From the human T2T-CHM13v2.0 reference genome, Homo sapiens, in NCBI RefSeq assembly GCF_009914755.1, contig NC_060939.1: a stretch of DNA of 64,000 nucleotides, one strand, 5' to 3'. This document shows positions 30,200-44,400 of this stretch, piece by piece. The notes below the pieces were generated by a model that did not search any database, was not told where the DNA came from, and saw nothing but the letters and a program-made list of their open reading frames with translations. Position 1 is the first letter of the stretch; each line of letters begins with the position of its first letter. Position numbers and translations under genes: made by a program.

Positions 30200-31790
30200 G
30201 TCCATTTTATTCCAGTCCACTGCATTCTGGTCCATTCCATTTGATTCCATTCCATTCTATTCCATTCCATACAGTTGCATTCCATTGGATTCCATTGTAT
30301 ATCTATAAATTCAATTCGAGACCATTGCTTTTGAGTCCATTCTATATGATTCCATTCCATTCAAGTCCATTACATTTGGTTGAATTCCATTCCATTCCAT
30401 TCCCATCCATTCCATTCCAGTTGATATCAATCCATTCGATTCCATTCCATTCGAGCACATTCCATTCGAGTCCATTCCATTCGATGCCATTCCATTTGAT
30501 TCTATTCCATTAGTCTCCATTCAATTCCATTAATCTCCATTCCATTCCATTCTACTCCAACTGATTCCATTCCATTCTATTCCTTTCCATTCCATTTCAT
30601 TCCATTCCATTCCATTTCATTCCATTCCATTCCATTCCATTCCATTCGCTTCCATTCCATTCGTGTCCATTGCATTCCAGTCCATTCCATTTGTGTCCAC
30701 TGCATTCCATTCCACTCCATTCCATATTATTCCATTACACTCCATTCCATTCTATTACTTTCATTTCCATTGAATTCCATTCCATTTGATTCCATTCCAC
30801 TCGGTTTCATTCCATTTGAGTCCACTCCACTCCATTCCATTCCATTCCATTCCATTCAGTTCCATTCCATTCTGTTCCATTCCATTCCGTTCCATTGCAT
30901 TCCATTCCATTCGGTACCATTCCATATTGTTCCATTCGATTCCATTCGAATCCATTCCATTCCAGTCCATTCCATTCGATTCCATTCCATTCCTTTCAAT
31001 TCCATTCCATTCCATTCCATTCCACTTGATTCCACTCCATTCCCTTCCACTGCATTCCATTGCATTGCATTCCATTCCATTGGACTGCATTCCATTCGAT
31101 TCCATTCCATTCGAATCAATTACATAGCAATCCATTACATTCGAGTCTATTCTATTCCGTTCCATTCGATTTCGTTCCAATCCATTCGATTCCATTCCAT
31201 TCGATTCCATTCCATACTATTGCATTCCATTCTATTACATTATATTCGAATAAGTTCCATTCAAGACCATTTCTTTTGAGTCCATTCTATTTGAGTCCAT
31301 TCCCTTTGATTCCATAACATTTGAGTCCATTCAATTCCATTCCTTTCGTTTCCATTCCATTTGATGCCATTCCATTCAATTCTGTTCTACTCGACTCCAA
31401 TACATTCAATTCCATTCCATCCGATTCCATTACATTCTTTTCATTTCTTATCCATTTCAAGCCATTCCACTCCATTCCATTCCACTCGTTTCCTTTCCAT
31501 TCGAGTCCATTCCTCTCCAGTCCATTCCGTTCAATCCATTCCATTCCAGTCCATTCCATTCGAGTCCGTTCCATTCCAGTCCATTCCATTCGAGTCAATT
31601 CCATCCCATTCGATGTCTTTCCATAACGATCCATTCCATTCTATTCCTTTCGATTCCATTCCATTCTATTTCATTCCATTCGATTCCCTTCCATTGGACT
31701 CCTTTCTATTCGAGTGCATTCCATTCCGTTCCATTTCTTTCCGTTCTGTACGATTCCTACCGTTCGATTTCATTTTCTTCCAGGCCATTC
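30200..31790 (+). repeat. Divergent monomer segment, second copy, 9,010 bp downstream (also at ~55340-56930)
   Basis: It carries the same diagnostic set. ORFs 21301/30311, 21751/30761 and 21760/30770 are all offset by 9,010 bp. Confidence 0.85.
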
Positions 31791-32440
31791 TTTCGCGTCC
31801 ATTCCATTCCATTTCACTCCATTCGATTCCATTCCACTCGATTCCACTTCGTTCCATTTCATTGCATTCCATTCTATTCAACTCTATTGCCTTCCATTCC
31901 ATTCCATTCGATTACATTCCATGCGATTCCATTCGAAATCGAATCAATTACATTGCAATCCATTACTATTGAGTCCGTTTTATTCCAGTCCACTGCATTC
32001 TGGTCCATTCCATTTGATTCCATTCCATTCTATTCCATTCCATACAGTTGCATTCCATTGGATTCCATGCTATATCTATAAATTCAATTCGAGACCATTG
32101 CTTTTGAGTCCATTCTATATGATTCCATTCCATTCAAGTCCATTACATTTGGTTAAATTCCATTCCATTCGGTTCAATTCCATTCCATTCCATTCCCTTC
32201 CATTCCATTCCAGTTGATATCAATCCATTCGATTCCATTCCATTCGAGCACATTCCATTCGAGTCCATTCCATTCGATGCCATTCCATTTGATTCTATTC
32301 CATTAGTCTCCATTCAATTCCATTAATCTCCATTCCATTCCATTCTACTCCAACTGATTCCATTCCATTCTATTCCTTTCCATTCCATTTCATTCCATTC
32401 CATTCCATTCCATTCCATTCCATTCCATTCCATTCCATTC

Positions 32441-35400
32441 GTGTCCATTCCACTCCAGTCCATTCCATTCGTATCCATTCCATTCCAGTCCATTCCATTT
32501 GTGTCCACTGCATTCCATTCCACTCCATTCCATATTATTCCATTACACTCCATTCCATTCTATTACTTTCATTTCCATTCAATTCCATTCCATTTGATTC
32601 CATTCCACTCGGTTTCATTCCATTTGAGTCCACTCCATTCCATTCCATTCCATTCAGTTCCATTCGATTCTGTTCCATTCCATTCCGTTCCGTTACATTC
32701 CATTCCATTCGGTACCATTCCATATTGTTCCATTCGATTCCATTCGAATCCATTCCATTCCAGTCCATTCCATTCGATTCCATTCCATTCATTTCAATTC
32801 CATTCCATTCCATTCCATTACATTCCACTTGATTCCTCTCCATTCCCTTCCACTGCATTCCGTTCGATTCCATTCCATTGCATTGCATTCCATTCCATTG
32901 GATTGCATTCCATTCGATTCCATTCCATTCGAATCAATTACATAGCAATCCATTACATTCGAGTCTATTCTCTTCCGTTCCATTCGATTTCGTTCCAATC
33001 CATTCGATTCCATTCCATTCGATTCCATTCCATACTATTGCATTCCATTCCATTACATTATATTCGAATAAGTTCCATTCAAGACCATTTCTTTTGAGTC
33101 CATTCTATTTGAGTCCATTCCCTTTGATTCCATAACATTTGAGTCCATTCAATTCCATTCCTTTCGTTTCCATTCCATTTGATGCCATTCCATTCAATTC
33201 TGTTCTACTCGACTCCAATACATTCAATTCCATTCCATCCGATTCCATTACATTCTTTTCATTTCTTATCCATTTCAAGCCATTCCACTCCATTCCATTC
33301 CACTCGTTTCCTTTCCATTCGAGTCCATTCCTCTCCAGTCCATTCCGTTCAATCCATTCCATTCCAGTCCATTCCATTCGAGTCCGTTCCATTCCAGTCC
33401 ATTCCATTCGAGTCAATTCCATCCCATTCGATGTCTTTCCTTAACGATCCATTCCATTCTATTCCTTTCGATTCCATTCCATTCTATTTCATTCCATTCG
33501 ATTCCCTTCCATTGGACTCCTTTCCATTCGAGTGCATTCCATTCCGTTCCATTTCTTTCCGTTCTGTACGATTCCTACCGTTCGATTTCATTTTGTTCCA
33601 GTCCATTCTTTCGCGTCCATTCCATTCCATTTCACTCCATTCGATTCCATTCCACTCGATTCCACTTCGTTCCATTTCATTGCATTCCATTCTATTCAAC
33701 TCTATTGCCTTCCATTCCATTCCATTCGATTACATTCCATGCGATTCCATTCGAAATCGAATCAATTACATTGCAATCCATTACTATTGAGTCCGTTTTA
33801 TTCCAGTCCACTGCATTCTGGTCCATTCCATTTGATTCCATTCCATTCTATTCCATTCCATACAGTTGCATTCCATTGGATTCCATGCTATATCTATAAA
33901 TTCAATTCGAGACCATTCCTTTTGAGTCCATTCTATATGATTCCATTCCATTCAAGTCCATTACATTTGGTTAAATTCCATTCCATTCGGTTCAATTCCA
34001 TTCCATTCCATTCACTTCCATTCCATTCCAGTTGATATCAATCCATTCGATTCCATTCCATTCGAGCACATTCCATTCGAGTCCATTCCATTCGATGCCA
34101 TTCCATTTGATTCTATTCCATTAGTCTCCATTCAATTCCATTAATCTCCATTCCATTCCATTCTACTCCAACTGATTCCATTCCATTCTATTCCTTTCCA
34201 TTCCATTTCATTCCATTCCATTCCATTCCATTCGTGTCCATTCCACTCCAGTCCATTCCATTCGTATCCATTCCATTCCAGTCCATTCCATTTGTGTCCA
34301 CTGCATTCCATTCCACTCCATTCCACATTATTCCATTACACTCCATTCCATTCTATTACTTTCATTTCCATTCAATTCCATTCCATTTGATTCCATTCCA
34401 CTCGGTTTCATTCCATTTGAGTCCACTCCATTCCATTCCATTCCATTCAGTTCCATTCCATTCTGTTCCATTCCATTCCGTTCCATTACATTCCATTCCA
34501 TTCGGTACCATTCCATATTGTTCCATTCGATTCCATTCGAATCCATTCCATTCCAGTCCATTCCATTCGATTCCATTCCATTCCTTTCAATTCCATTCCA
34601 TTCCATTCCATTACATTCCACTTGATTCCTCTCCATTCCCTTCCACTGCATTCCGTTCGATTCCATTCGATTGCATTGCATTCCATTCCATTGGATTGCA
34701 TTCCATTCGATTCCATTCCATTCGAATCAATTACATAGCAATCCATTACATTCGAGTCTATTCTCTTCCGTTCCATTCGATTTCGTTCCAATCCATTCGA
34801 TTCCATTCCATTCGATTCCATTCTATACTATTGCATTCCATTCGATTACATTATATTCGAATAAGTTCCATTCAAGACCATTTCTTTTGAGTCCATTCTA
34901 TTTGAGTCCATTCCCTTTGATTCCATAACATTTGAGTCCATTCAATTCCATTCCTTTCGTTTCCATTCCATTTGATGCCATTCCATTCAATTCTGTTCTA
35001 CTCGACTCCAATACATTCAATTCCATTCCTTCCGATTCCATTACATTCTTTTCATTTCTTATCCATTTCAAGCCATTCCACTCCATTCCATTCCACTCGT
35101 TTCCTTTCCATTCGAGTCCATTCCTCTCCAGTCCATTCCGTTCAATCCATTCCATTCCAGTCCATTCCATTCGAGTCCGTTCCATTCCAGTCCATTCCAT
35201 TCGAGTCAGTTCCATCCCATTCGATGTCTTTCCATAACGATCCATTCCATTCTATTCCTTTCGATTCCATTCCATTCTATTTCATTCCATTCGATTCCCT
35301 TCCATTGGACTCCTTTCCATTGGAGTGCATTCCATTCCGTTCCATTTCTTTCCGTTCTGTACGATTCCTACCGTTCGATTTCATTTTGTTCCAGTCCATT

Positions 35401-38400
35401 CTTTCGCGTCCATTCCATTCCATTTCACTCCATTCGATTCCATTCCACTCGATTCCACTTCGTTCCATTTCATTGCATTCCATTCTATTCAACTCTATTG
35501 CCTTCCATTCCATTCCATTCGATTACATTCCATGCGATTCCATTCGAAATCGAATCAATTACATTGCAATCCATTACTATTGAGTCCGTTTTATTCCAGT
35601 CCACTGCATTCTGGTCCATTCCATTTGATTCCATTCCATTCTATTCCATTCCATACAGTTGCATTCCATTGGATTCCATGCTATATCTATAAATTCAATT
35701 CGAGACCATTGCTTTTGAGTCCATTCTATATGATTCCATTCCATTCAAGTCCATTACATTTGGTTAAATTCCATTCCATTCGGTTCAATTCCATTCCATT
35801 CCATTCCCTTCCATTCCATTCCAGTTGATATCAATCCATTCGATTCCATTCCATTCGAGCACATTCCATTCGAATCCATTCCATTCGATGCCATTCCATT
35901 TGATTCTATTCCATTAGTCTCCATTCAATTCCATTAATCTCCATTCCATTCCATTCTACTCCAACTGATTCCATTCCATTCTATTCCTTTCCATTCCATT
36001 TCATTCCATTCCATTCCATTCCATTCGTGTCCATTCCACTCCAGTCCATTCCATTCGTATCCATTCCATTCGAGTCCATTCCATTTGTGTCCACTGCATT
36101 CCATTCCACTCCATTCCATATTATTCCATTACACTCCATTCCATTCTATTACTTTCATTTCCATTCAATTCCATTCCATTTGATTCCATTCCACTCGGTT
36201 TCATTCCATTTGAGTCCACTCCATTCCATTCCATTCCATTCAGTTCCATTCCATTCTGTTCCATTCCATTCCGTTCCATTACATTCCATTCCATTCGGTA
36301 CCATTCCATATTGTTCCATTCGATTCCATTCGAATCCATTCCATTCCAGTCCATTCCATTCGATTCCATTCCATTCCTTTCAATTCCATTCCATTCCATT
36401 CCATTACATTCCACTTGATTCCTCTCCATTCCCTTCCACTGCATTCCGTTCGATTCCATTCCATTGCATTGCATTCCATTCCATTGGATTGCATTCCATT
36501 CGATTCCATTCCATTCGAATCAATTACATAGCAATCCATTACATTCGAGTCTATTCTCTTCCGTTCCATTCGATTTCGTTCCAATCCATTCGATTCCATT
36601 CCATTCGATTCCATTCCATACTATTGCATTCCATTCGATTACATTATATTCGAATAAGTTCCATTCAAGACCATTTCTTTTGAGTCCATTCTATTTGAGT
36701 CCATTCCCTTTGATTCCATAACATTTGAGTCCATTCAATTCCATTCCTTTCGTTTCCATTCCATTTGATGCCATTCCATTCAATTCTGTTCTACTCGACT
36801 CCAATACATTCAATTCCATTCCTTCCGATTCCATTACATTCTTTTCATTTCTTATCCATTTCAAGCCATTCCACTCCATTCCATTCCACTCGTTTCCTTT
36901 CCATTCGAGTCCATTCCTCTCCAGTCCATTCCGTTCAATCCATTCCATTCCAGTCCATTCCATTCGAGTCCGTTCCATTCCAGTCCATTCCATTCGAGTC
37001 AATTCCATCCCATTCGATGTCTTTCCATAACAATCCATTCCATTCTATTCCTTTCGATTCCATTCCATTCTATTTCATTCCATTCGATTCCCTTCCATTG
37101 GACTCCTTTCCATTGGAGTGCATTCCATTCCGTTCCATTTCTTTCCGTTCTGTACGATTCCTACCGTTCGATTTCATTTTGTTCCAGTCCATTCTTTCGC
37201 GTCCATTCCATTCCATTTCACTCCATTCGATTCCATTCCACTCGATTCCACTTCGTTCCATTTCATTGCATTCCATTCTATTCAACTCTATTGCCTTCCA
37301 TTCCATTCCATTCGATTACATTCCATGCGATTCCATTCGAAATCGAATCAATTACATTGCAATCCATTACTATTGAGTCCGTTTTATTCCAGTCCACTGC
37401 ATTCTGGTCCATTCCATTTGATTCCATTCCATTCTATTCCATTCCATACAGTTGCATTCCATTGGATTCCATGCTATATCTATAAATTCAATTCGAGACC
37501 ATTGCTTTTGAGTCCATTCTATATGATTCCATTCCATTCAAGTCCATTACATTTGGTTAAATTCCATTCCATTCGGTTCAATTCCATTCCATTCCATTCC
37601 CTTCCATTCCATTCCAGTTGATATCAATCCATTCGATTCCATTCCATTCGAGCACATTCCATTCGAGTCCATTCCATTCGATGCCATTCCATTTGATTCT
37701 ATTCCATTAGTCTCCATTCAATTCCATTAATCTCCATTCCATTCCATTCTACTCCAACTGATTCCATTCCATTCTATTCCTTTCCATTCCATTTCATTCC
37801 ATTCCATTCCATTCCATTCGTGTCCATTCCACTCCAGTCCATTCCATTCGTATCCATTCCATTCCAGTCCATTCCATTTGTGTCCACTGCATTCCATTCC
37901 ACTCCATTCCATATTATTCCATTACACTCCATTCCATTCTATTACTTTCATTTCCATTCAATTCCATTCCATTTGATTCCATTCCACTCGGTTTCATTCC
38001 ATTTGAGTCCACTCCATTCCATTCCATTCCATTCAGTTCCATTCCATTCTGTTCCATTCCATTCCGTTCCATTACATTCCATTCCATTCGGTACCATTCC
38101 ATATTGTTCCATTCGATTCCATTCAAATCCATTCCATTCCAGTCCATTCCATTCGATTCCATTCCATTCCTTTCAATTCCATTCCATTCCATTCCATTAC
38201 ATTCCACTTGATTCCTCTCCATTCCCTTCCACTGCATTCCGTTCGATTCCATTCCATTGCATTGCATTCCATTCCATTGGATTGCATTCCATTCGATTCC
38301 ATTCCATTCGAATCAATTACATAGCAATCCATTACATTCGAGTCTATTCTCTTCCGTTCCATTCGATTTCGTTCCAATCCATTCGATTCCATTCCATTCG

Positions 38401-41400
38401 ATTCCATTCCATACTATTGCATTCCATTCGATTACATTATATTCGAATAAGTTCCATTCAAGACCATTTCTTTTGAGTCCATTCTATTTGAGTCCATTCC
38501 CTTTGATTCCATAACATTTGAGTCCATTCAATTCCATTCCTTTCGTTTCCATTCCATTTGATGCCATTCCATTCAATTCTGTTCTACTCGACTCCAATAC
38601 ATTCAATTCCATTCCATCCGATTCCATTACATTCTTTTCATTTCTTATCCATTTCAAGCCATTCCACTCCATTCCATTCCACTCGTTTCCTTTCCATTCG
38701 AGTCCATTCCTCTCCAGTCCATTCCGTTCAATCCATTCCATTCCAGTCCATTCCATTCGAGTCCGTTCCATTCCAGTCCATTCCATTCGAGTCAATTCCA
38801 TCCCATTCGATGTCTTTCCATAACGATCCATTCCATTCTATTCCTTTCGATTCCATTCCATTCTATTTCATTCCATTCGATTCCCTTCCATTGGACTCCT
38901 TTCCATTCGAGTGCATTCCATTCCGTTCCATTTCTTTCCGTTCTGTACGATTCCTACCGTTCGATTTCATTTTGTTCCAGTCCATTCTTTCGCGTCCATT
39001 CCATTCCATTTCACTCCATTCGATTCCATTCCACTCGATTCCACTTCGTTCCATTTCATTGCATTCCATTCTATTCAACTCTATTGCCTTCCATTCCATT
39101 CCATTCGATTACATTCCATGCGATTCCATTCGAAATCGAATCAATTACATTGCAATCCATTACTATTGAGTCCGTTTTATTCCAGTCCACTGCATTCTGG
39201 TCCATTCCATTTGATTCCATTCCATTCTATTCCATTCCATACAGTTGCATTCCATTGGATTCCATGCTATATCTATAAATTCAATTCGAGACCATTGCTT
39301 TTGAGTCCATTCTATATGATTCCATTCCATTCAAGTCCATTACATTTGGTTAAATTCCATTCCATTCGGTTCAATTCCATTCCATTCCATTCCCTTCCAT
39401 TCCATTCCAGTTGATATCAATCCATTCGATTCCATTCCATTCGAGCACATTCCATTCGAGTCCATTCCATTCGATGCCATTCCATTTGATTCTATTCCAT
39501 TAGTCTCCATTCAATTCCATTAATCTCCATTCCATTCCATTCTACTCCAACTGATTCCATTCCATTCTATTCCTTTCCATTCCATTTCATTCCATTCCAT
39601 TCCATTCCATTCGTGTCCATTCCACTCCAGTCCATTCCATTCGTATCCATTCCATTCCAGTCCATTCCATTTGTGTCCACTGCATTCCATTCCACTCCAT
39701 TCCATATTATTCCATTACACTCCATTCCATTCTATTACTTTCATTTCCATTCAATTCCATTCCATTTGATTCCATTCCACTCGGTTTCATTCCATTTGAG
39801 TCCACTCCATTCCATTCCATTCCATTCAGTTCCATTCCATTCTGTTCCATTCCATTCCGTTCCATTACATTCCATTCCATTCGGTACCATTCCATATTGT
39901 TCCATTCGATTCCATTCGAATCCATTCCATTCCAGTCCATTCCATTCGATTCCATTCCATTCCTTTCAATTCCATTCCATTCCATTCCATTACATTCCAC
40001 TTGATTCCTCTCCATTCCCTTCCACTGCATTCCGTTCGATTCCATTCCATTGCATTGCATTCCATTCCATTGGATTGCATTCCATTCGATTCCATTCCAT
40101 TCGAATCAATTACATAGCAATCCATTACATTCGAGTCTATTCTCTTCCGTTCCATTCGATTTCGTTCCAATCCATTCGATTCCATTCCATTCGATTCCAT
40201 TCCATACTATTGCATTCCATTCGATTACATTATATTCGAATAAGTTCCATTCAAGACCATTTCTTTTGAGTCCATTCTATTTGAGTCCATTCCCTTTGAT
40301 TCCATAACATTTGAGTCCATTCAATTCCATTCCTTTCGTTTCCATTCCATTTGATGCCATTCCATTCAATTCTGTTCTACTCGACTCCAATACATTCAAT
40401 TCCATTCCTTCCGATTCCATTACATTCTTTTCATTTCTTATCCATTTCAAGCCATTCCACTCCATTCCATTCCACTCGTTTCCTTTCCATTCGAGTCCAT
40501 TCCTCTCCAGTCCATTCCGTTCAATCCATTCCATTCCAGTCCATTCCATTCGAGTCCGTTCCATTCCAGTCCATTCCATTCGAGTCAATTCCATCCCATT
40601 CGATGTCTTTCCATAACGATCCATTCCATTCTATTCCTTTCGATTCCATTCCATTCTATTTCATTCCATTCGATTCCCTTCCATTGGACTCCTTTCCATT
40701 GGAGTGCATTCCATTCCGTTCCATTTCTTTCCGTTCTGTACGATTCCTACCGTTCGATTTCATTTTGTTCCAGTCCATTCTTTCGCGTCCATTCCATTCC
40801 ATTTCACTCCATTCGATTCCATTCCACTCGATTCCACTTCGTTCCATTTCATTGCATTCCATTCTATTCAACTCTATTGCCTTCCATTCCATTCCATTCG
40901 ATTACATTCCATGCGATTCCATTCGAAATCGAATCAATTACATTGCAATCCATTACTATTGAGTCCGTTTTATTCCAGTCCACTGCATTCTGGTCCATTC
41001 CATTTGATTCCATTCCATTCTATTCCATTCCATACAGTTGCATTCCATTGGATTCCATGCTATATCTATAAATTCAATTCGAGACCATTGCTTTTGAGTC
41101 CATTCTATATGATTCCATTCCATTCAAGTCCATTACATTTGGTTAAATTCCATTCCATTCGGTTCAATTCCATTCCATTCCATTCCCTTCCATTCCATTC
41201 CAGTTGATATCAATCCATTCGATTCCATTCCATTCGAGCACATTCCATTCGAGTCCATTCCATTCGATGCCATTCCATTTGATTCTATTCCATTAGTCTC
41301 CATTCAATTCCATTAATCTCCATTCCATTCCATTCTACTCCAACTGATTCCATTCCATTCTATTCCTTTCCATTCCATTTCATTCCATTCCATTCCATTC

Positions 41401-44400
41401 CATTCGTGTCCATTCCACTCCAGTCCATTCCATTCGTATCCATTCCATTCCAGTCCATTCCATTTGTGTCCACTGCATTCCATTCCACTCCATTCCATAT
41501 TATTCCATTACACTCCATTCCATTCTATTACTTTCATTTCCATTCAATTCCATTCCATTTGATTCCATTCCACTCGGTTTCATTCCATTTGAGTCCACTC
41601 CATTCCATTCCATTCCATTCAGTTCCATTCCATTCTGTTCCATTCCATTCCGTTCCATTACATTCCATTCCATTCGGTACCATTCCATATTGTTCCATTC
41701 GATTCCATTCGAATCCATTCCATTCCAGTCCATTCCATTCGATTCCATTCCATTCCTTTCAATTCCATTCCATTCCATTCCATTACATTCCACTTGATTC
41801 CTCTCCATTCCCTTCCACTGCATTCCGTTCGATTCCATTCCATTGCATTGCATTCCATTCCATTGGATTGCATTCCATTCGATTCCATTCCATTCGAATC
41901 AATTACATAGCAATCCATTACATTCGAGTCTATTCTCTTCCGTTCCATTCGATTTCGTTCCAATCCATTCGATTCCATTCCATTCGATTCCATTCCATAC
42001 TATTGCATTCCATTCGATTACATTATATTCGAATAAGTTCCATTCAAGACCATTTCTTTTGAGTCCATTCTATTTGAGTCCATTCCCTTTGATTCCATAA
42101 CATTTGAGTCCATTCAATTCCATTCCTTTCGTTTCCATTCCATTTGATGCCATTCCATTCAATTCTGTTCTACTCGACTCCAATACATTCAATTCCATTC
42201 CATCCGATTCCATTACATTCTTTTCATTTCTTATCCATTTCAAGCCATTCCACTCCATTCCATTCCACTCGTTTCCTTTCCATTCGAGTCCATTCCTCTC
42301 CAGTCCATTCCGTTCAATCCATTCCATTCCAGTCCATTCCATTCGAGTCCGTTCCATTCCAGTCCATTCCATTCGAGTCAATTCCATCCCATTCGATGTC
42401 TTTCCATAACGATCCATTCCATTCTATTCCTTTCGATTCCATTCCATTCTATTTCATTCCATTCGATTCCCTTCCATTGGACTCCTTTCCATTGGAGTGC
42501 ATTCCATTCCGTTCCATTTCTTTCCGTTCTGTACGATTCCTACCGTTCGATTTCATTTTGTTCCAGTCCATTCTTTCGCGTCCATTCCATTCCATTTCAC
42601 TCCATTCGATTCCATTCCACTCGATTCCACTTCGTTCCATTTCATTGCATTCCATTCTATTCAACTCTATTGCCTTCCATTCCATTCCATTCGATTACAT
42701 TCCATGCGATTCCATTCGAAATCGAATCAATTACATTGCAATCCATTACTATTGAGTCCGTTTTATTCCAGTCCACTGCATTCTGGTCCATTCCATTTGA
42801 TTCCATTCCATTCTATTCCATTCCATACAGTTGCATTCCATTGGATTCCATGCTATATCTATAAATTCAATTCGAGACCATTGCTTTTGAGTCCATTCTA
42901 TATGATTCCATTCCATTCAAGTCCATTACATTTGGTTAAATTCCATTCCATTCGGTTCAATTCCATTCCATTCCATTCCCTTCCATTCCATTCCAGTTGA
43001 TATCAATCCATTCGATTCCATTCCATTCGAGCACATTCCATTCGAGTCCATTCCATTCGATGCCATTCCATTTGATTCTATTCCATTAGTCTCCATTCAA
43101 TTCCATTAATCTCCATTCCATTCCATTCTACTCCAACTGATTCCATTCCATTCTATTCCTTTCCATTCCATTTCATTCCATTCCATTCCATTCCATTCGT
43201 GTCCATTCCACTCCAGTCCATTCCATTCGTATCCATTCCATTCCAGTCCATTCCATTTGTGTCCACTGCATTCCATTCCACTCCATTCCATATTATTCCA
43301 TTACACTCCATTCCATTCTATTACTTTCATTTCCATTCAATTCCATTCCATTTGATTCCATTCCACTCGGTTTCATTCCATTTGAGTCCACTCCATTCCA
43401 TTCCATTCCATTCAGTTCCATTCCATTCTGTTCCATTCCATTCCGTTCCATTACATTCCATTCCATTCGGTACCATTCCATATTGTTCCATTCGATTCCA
43501 TTCGAATCCATTCCATTCCAGTCCATTCCATTCGATTCCATTCCATTCCTTTCAATTCCATTCCATTTCATTCCATTACATTCCACTTGATTCCTCTCCA
43601 TTCCCTTCCACTGCATTCCGTTCGATTCCATTCCATTGCATTGCATTCCATTCCATTGGATTGCATTCCATTCGATTCCATTCCATTCGAATCAATTACA
43701 TAGCAATCCATTACATTCGAGTCTATTCTCTTCCGTTCCATTCGATTTCGTTCCAATCCATTCGATTCCATTCCATTCGATTCCATTCCATAGTATTGCA
43801 TTCCATTCGATTACATTATATTCGAATAAGTTCCATTCAAGACCATTTCTTTTGAGTCCATTCTATTTGAGTCCATTCCCTTTGATTCCATAACATTTGA
43901 GTCCATTCAATTCCATTCCTTTCGTTTCCATTCCATTTGATGCCATTCCATTCAATTCTGTTCTACTCGACTCCAATACATTCAATTCCATTCCATCCGA
44001 TTCCATTACATTCTTTTCATTTCTTATCCATTTCAAGCCATTCCACTCCATTCCATTCCACTCGTTTCCTTTCCATTCGAGTCCATTCCTCTCCAGTCCA
44101 TTCCGTTCAATCCATTCCATTCCAGTCCATTCCATTCGAGTCCGTTCCATTCCAGTCCATTCCATTCGAGTCAATTCCATTCCATTCGATGTCTTTCCAT
44201 AACGATCCATTCCATTCTATTCCTTTCGATTCCATTCCATTCTATTTCATTCCATTCGATTCCCTTCCATTGGACTCCTTTCCATTCGAGTGCATTCCAT
44301 TCCGTTCCATTTCTTTCCGTTCTGTACGATTCCTACCGTTCGATTTCATTTTGTTCCAGTCCATTCCTTTCGCGTCCATTCCATTCCATTTCACTCCATT

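Larger units (their letters stand above)
7302..32440 (+). repeat. 14-monomer super-repeat, copy A (25,139 bp; left edge approximate)
   Basis: Anchor spacings from 8000 read 1793x6, 1779, 1774, 1813, 1808x3, 1773, 1818 (sum 25,139). The same series restarts at 33139. Confidence 0.9.
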
